Source: Aplysia californica
Lineage: Eukaryota
Length of the DNA: 64,000 nucleotides
NCBI RefSeq assembly: GCF_000002075.1
Contig: NW_004797709.1
Location: 92,685-156,684 of the forward strand
Direction: 5' to 3'
Numbering within the stretch: position 1 is the first letter of the stretch; the number at the start of each line of letters is the position of its first letter. Below the pieces are notes generated by a model that worked only from the letters and a program-made list of their open reading frames with translations, was not told the origin of the DNA and did not search any database. Below are positions 63,501-64,000 of the stretch, in pieces. The position numbers and the translations under genes are program-made.

Positions 63501-63980
63501 AAATTTTTTTAAGACATTCTCAAAAGATGGTTTGTACTTTTTTAAAATGCTTTGCTCCCAACTGTTTGTAGTCGACACAACGGCACGGTCAGTTGATCTA
63601 TCCTTCAGGGTGGGAGTGGCAACACAAATGAAATTCGAGTTACCTCCCATTTGAAATTCCCTCTTGTCTACTTTCAAATTGAAAGTAGGTCACGCACGCG
63701 ATAACTTCAGAACGGGGCATTGATTAGAACACTGCAACAAATAATACACAGATACAACCCTACAGTAAAAGAACAACAACTTACCGTACATCAATGGGTC
63801 GACATTCCTAAAACCTCTTCGGAACAACAAGTACGTCAAGAAAGGGACAGCAATGACCGAAACATAGCTGCCAATCAAGAAGCCCTTGGAGCCAATCAAA
63901 CTGAATTTCACCAATCCATAAAGTGTTGAATAAGACGCTACTTGAACTAAAATCAAGCCTATAACAACAAATAAATCCAT
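54340..63980 (-). CDS. TM6SF1: Transmembrane 6 superfamily (TM6SF1/TM6SF2, EXPERA-domain) protein, 383-384 aa; complement join(63785..63980,62112..62313,61667..61749,60467..60582 or 60585,58558..58644,57579..57671,55601..55720,54340..54594)
   Basis: 1152-nt spliced ORF, phases 1,2,1,0,0,0,0. Colinear TM6SF motifs DPLMYV, LELDG, PFLKTAHG...YWDG, REVGLYWAGS, KRPVDL, EPYLADP..PKFQM, YGLWSPG..WMGD..LVHAG..QAQFTYMAGALNSRT. Start could extend beyond the window edge. Confidence 0.92.
54943..55321. mobile_element. pogo/Tigger-like MITE
   Basis: TA-CAGTGGTGTCCACTAACAGCAACC ... GGTTGCTGTTAGGCGGACACCACTG-TA. Confidence 0.8.
55601..55720 (-). CDS. TM6SF1: TM6SF exon 7 (MLTYDYLY...LVHAGAAGQ)
   Basis: ttcccag| and CAG|GTGAGA. 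Confidence 0.92.
55738..56630 (-). mobile_element. Rex1/Babar (CR1-group) LINE, 5'-truncated
   Basis: WCDNHFLILNVKKTKELIIDFR...VEVVSSYKYLGVTID..FDW...RMFLLRKLKKF; 3' end AATTTCCCTCTGGGATAATAAAGT followed by (ATCTT)n. Confidence 0.85.
57579..57671 (-). CDS. TM6SF1: TM6SF exon 6 (AIHGANVP...EPYLADPSGAPKFQ)
   Basis: catcag| and CAG|GTGATT. Confidence 0.92.
58558..58644 (-). CDS. TM6SF1: TM6SF exon 5 (FPPLWKRPVDLIFFLYFFVAMQIAVIRAL)
   Basis: ctccag| and CTT|GTGAGT. Confidence 0.9.
60467..60585 (-). CDS. TM6SF1: TM6SF exon 4 (tandem acceptor at 60585 or 60582)
   Basis: ttttCAGCAG; donor AAG|GTAAAT. Confidence 0.85.
60760..61274 (-). mobile_element. Near full-length (~515 bp) tRNA-Glu SINE with Deu/Nin-like central domain and LINE-shared tail
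   Basis: Head with A box, pyrimidine-rich body, CGGATAAGGGCGAATAA...GAGGTCC...GTTAAAGATCCC domain, tail CATATGACCTTATTCAGTTGCGAGCACCATAAAAC. Domain name is from recalled similarity. Confidence 0.75.
61667..61749 (-). CDS. TM6SF1: TM6SF exon 3 (ETHREVGLYWAGSVLNGYAVLLPAYFT)
   Basis: ttttcag| and CAG|GTGTTT. Confidence 0.9.
62112..62313 (-). CDS. TM6SF1: TM6SF exon 2
   Basis: ctttcag| and CCG|GTCAGT. Confidence 0.92.
62665..63137. other. Assembly gap (N run)
   Basis: N bases. Confidence 1.
63785..63980 (-). CDS. TM6SF1: TM6SF exon 1
   Basis: AAACATGG start; donor ACG|GTAAG. Confidence 0.85.
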
Positions 63981-64000
63981 GTTTCCGCTGATGCCTGATC

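Overview
Intron-rich animal genomic DNA from a draft assembly with four N-gaps. The repeat landscape suggests an invertebrate, possibly a gastropod mollusc (inference only). Three spliced genes can be rebuilt exon by exon with consistent phases and GT-AG junctions. (1) Cyclophilin B/PPIB (+, 5 exons, 3485-17518, 209 aa, signal peptide). (2) An SHB/SHD/SHE/SHF-family SH2 adaptor (+, 8 coding exons, 27169-39626, about 629 aa; first exon least certain). (3) A TM6SF1/2-family membrane protein (-, 8 exons, 63980-54340, 383-384 aa). The rest is mostly non-autonomous DNA transposons (P-, hAT-, Mutator/foldback-, pogo/Tigger-, piggyBac-like MITEs, several with TSDs readable in the sequence), decayed mariner and LINE fragments, and tRNA-derived SINEs. 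Main oddities: an identical second copy of PPIB exon 4 inside a TSD-bounded SINE-like unit in intron 1 (more likely mis-assembly than exon capture); TAG(N1-2)CTA palindrome arrays that cluster near 5' gene ends and appear to have expanded inside transposon copies; one 3' tail shared by a LINE and several SINE bodies; retroelement tails lying against splice acceptors; and an intronic pre-miRNA-like hairpin. I found no convincing novel multi-gene system.
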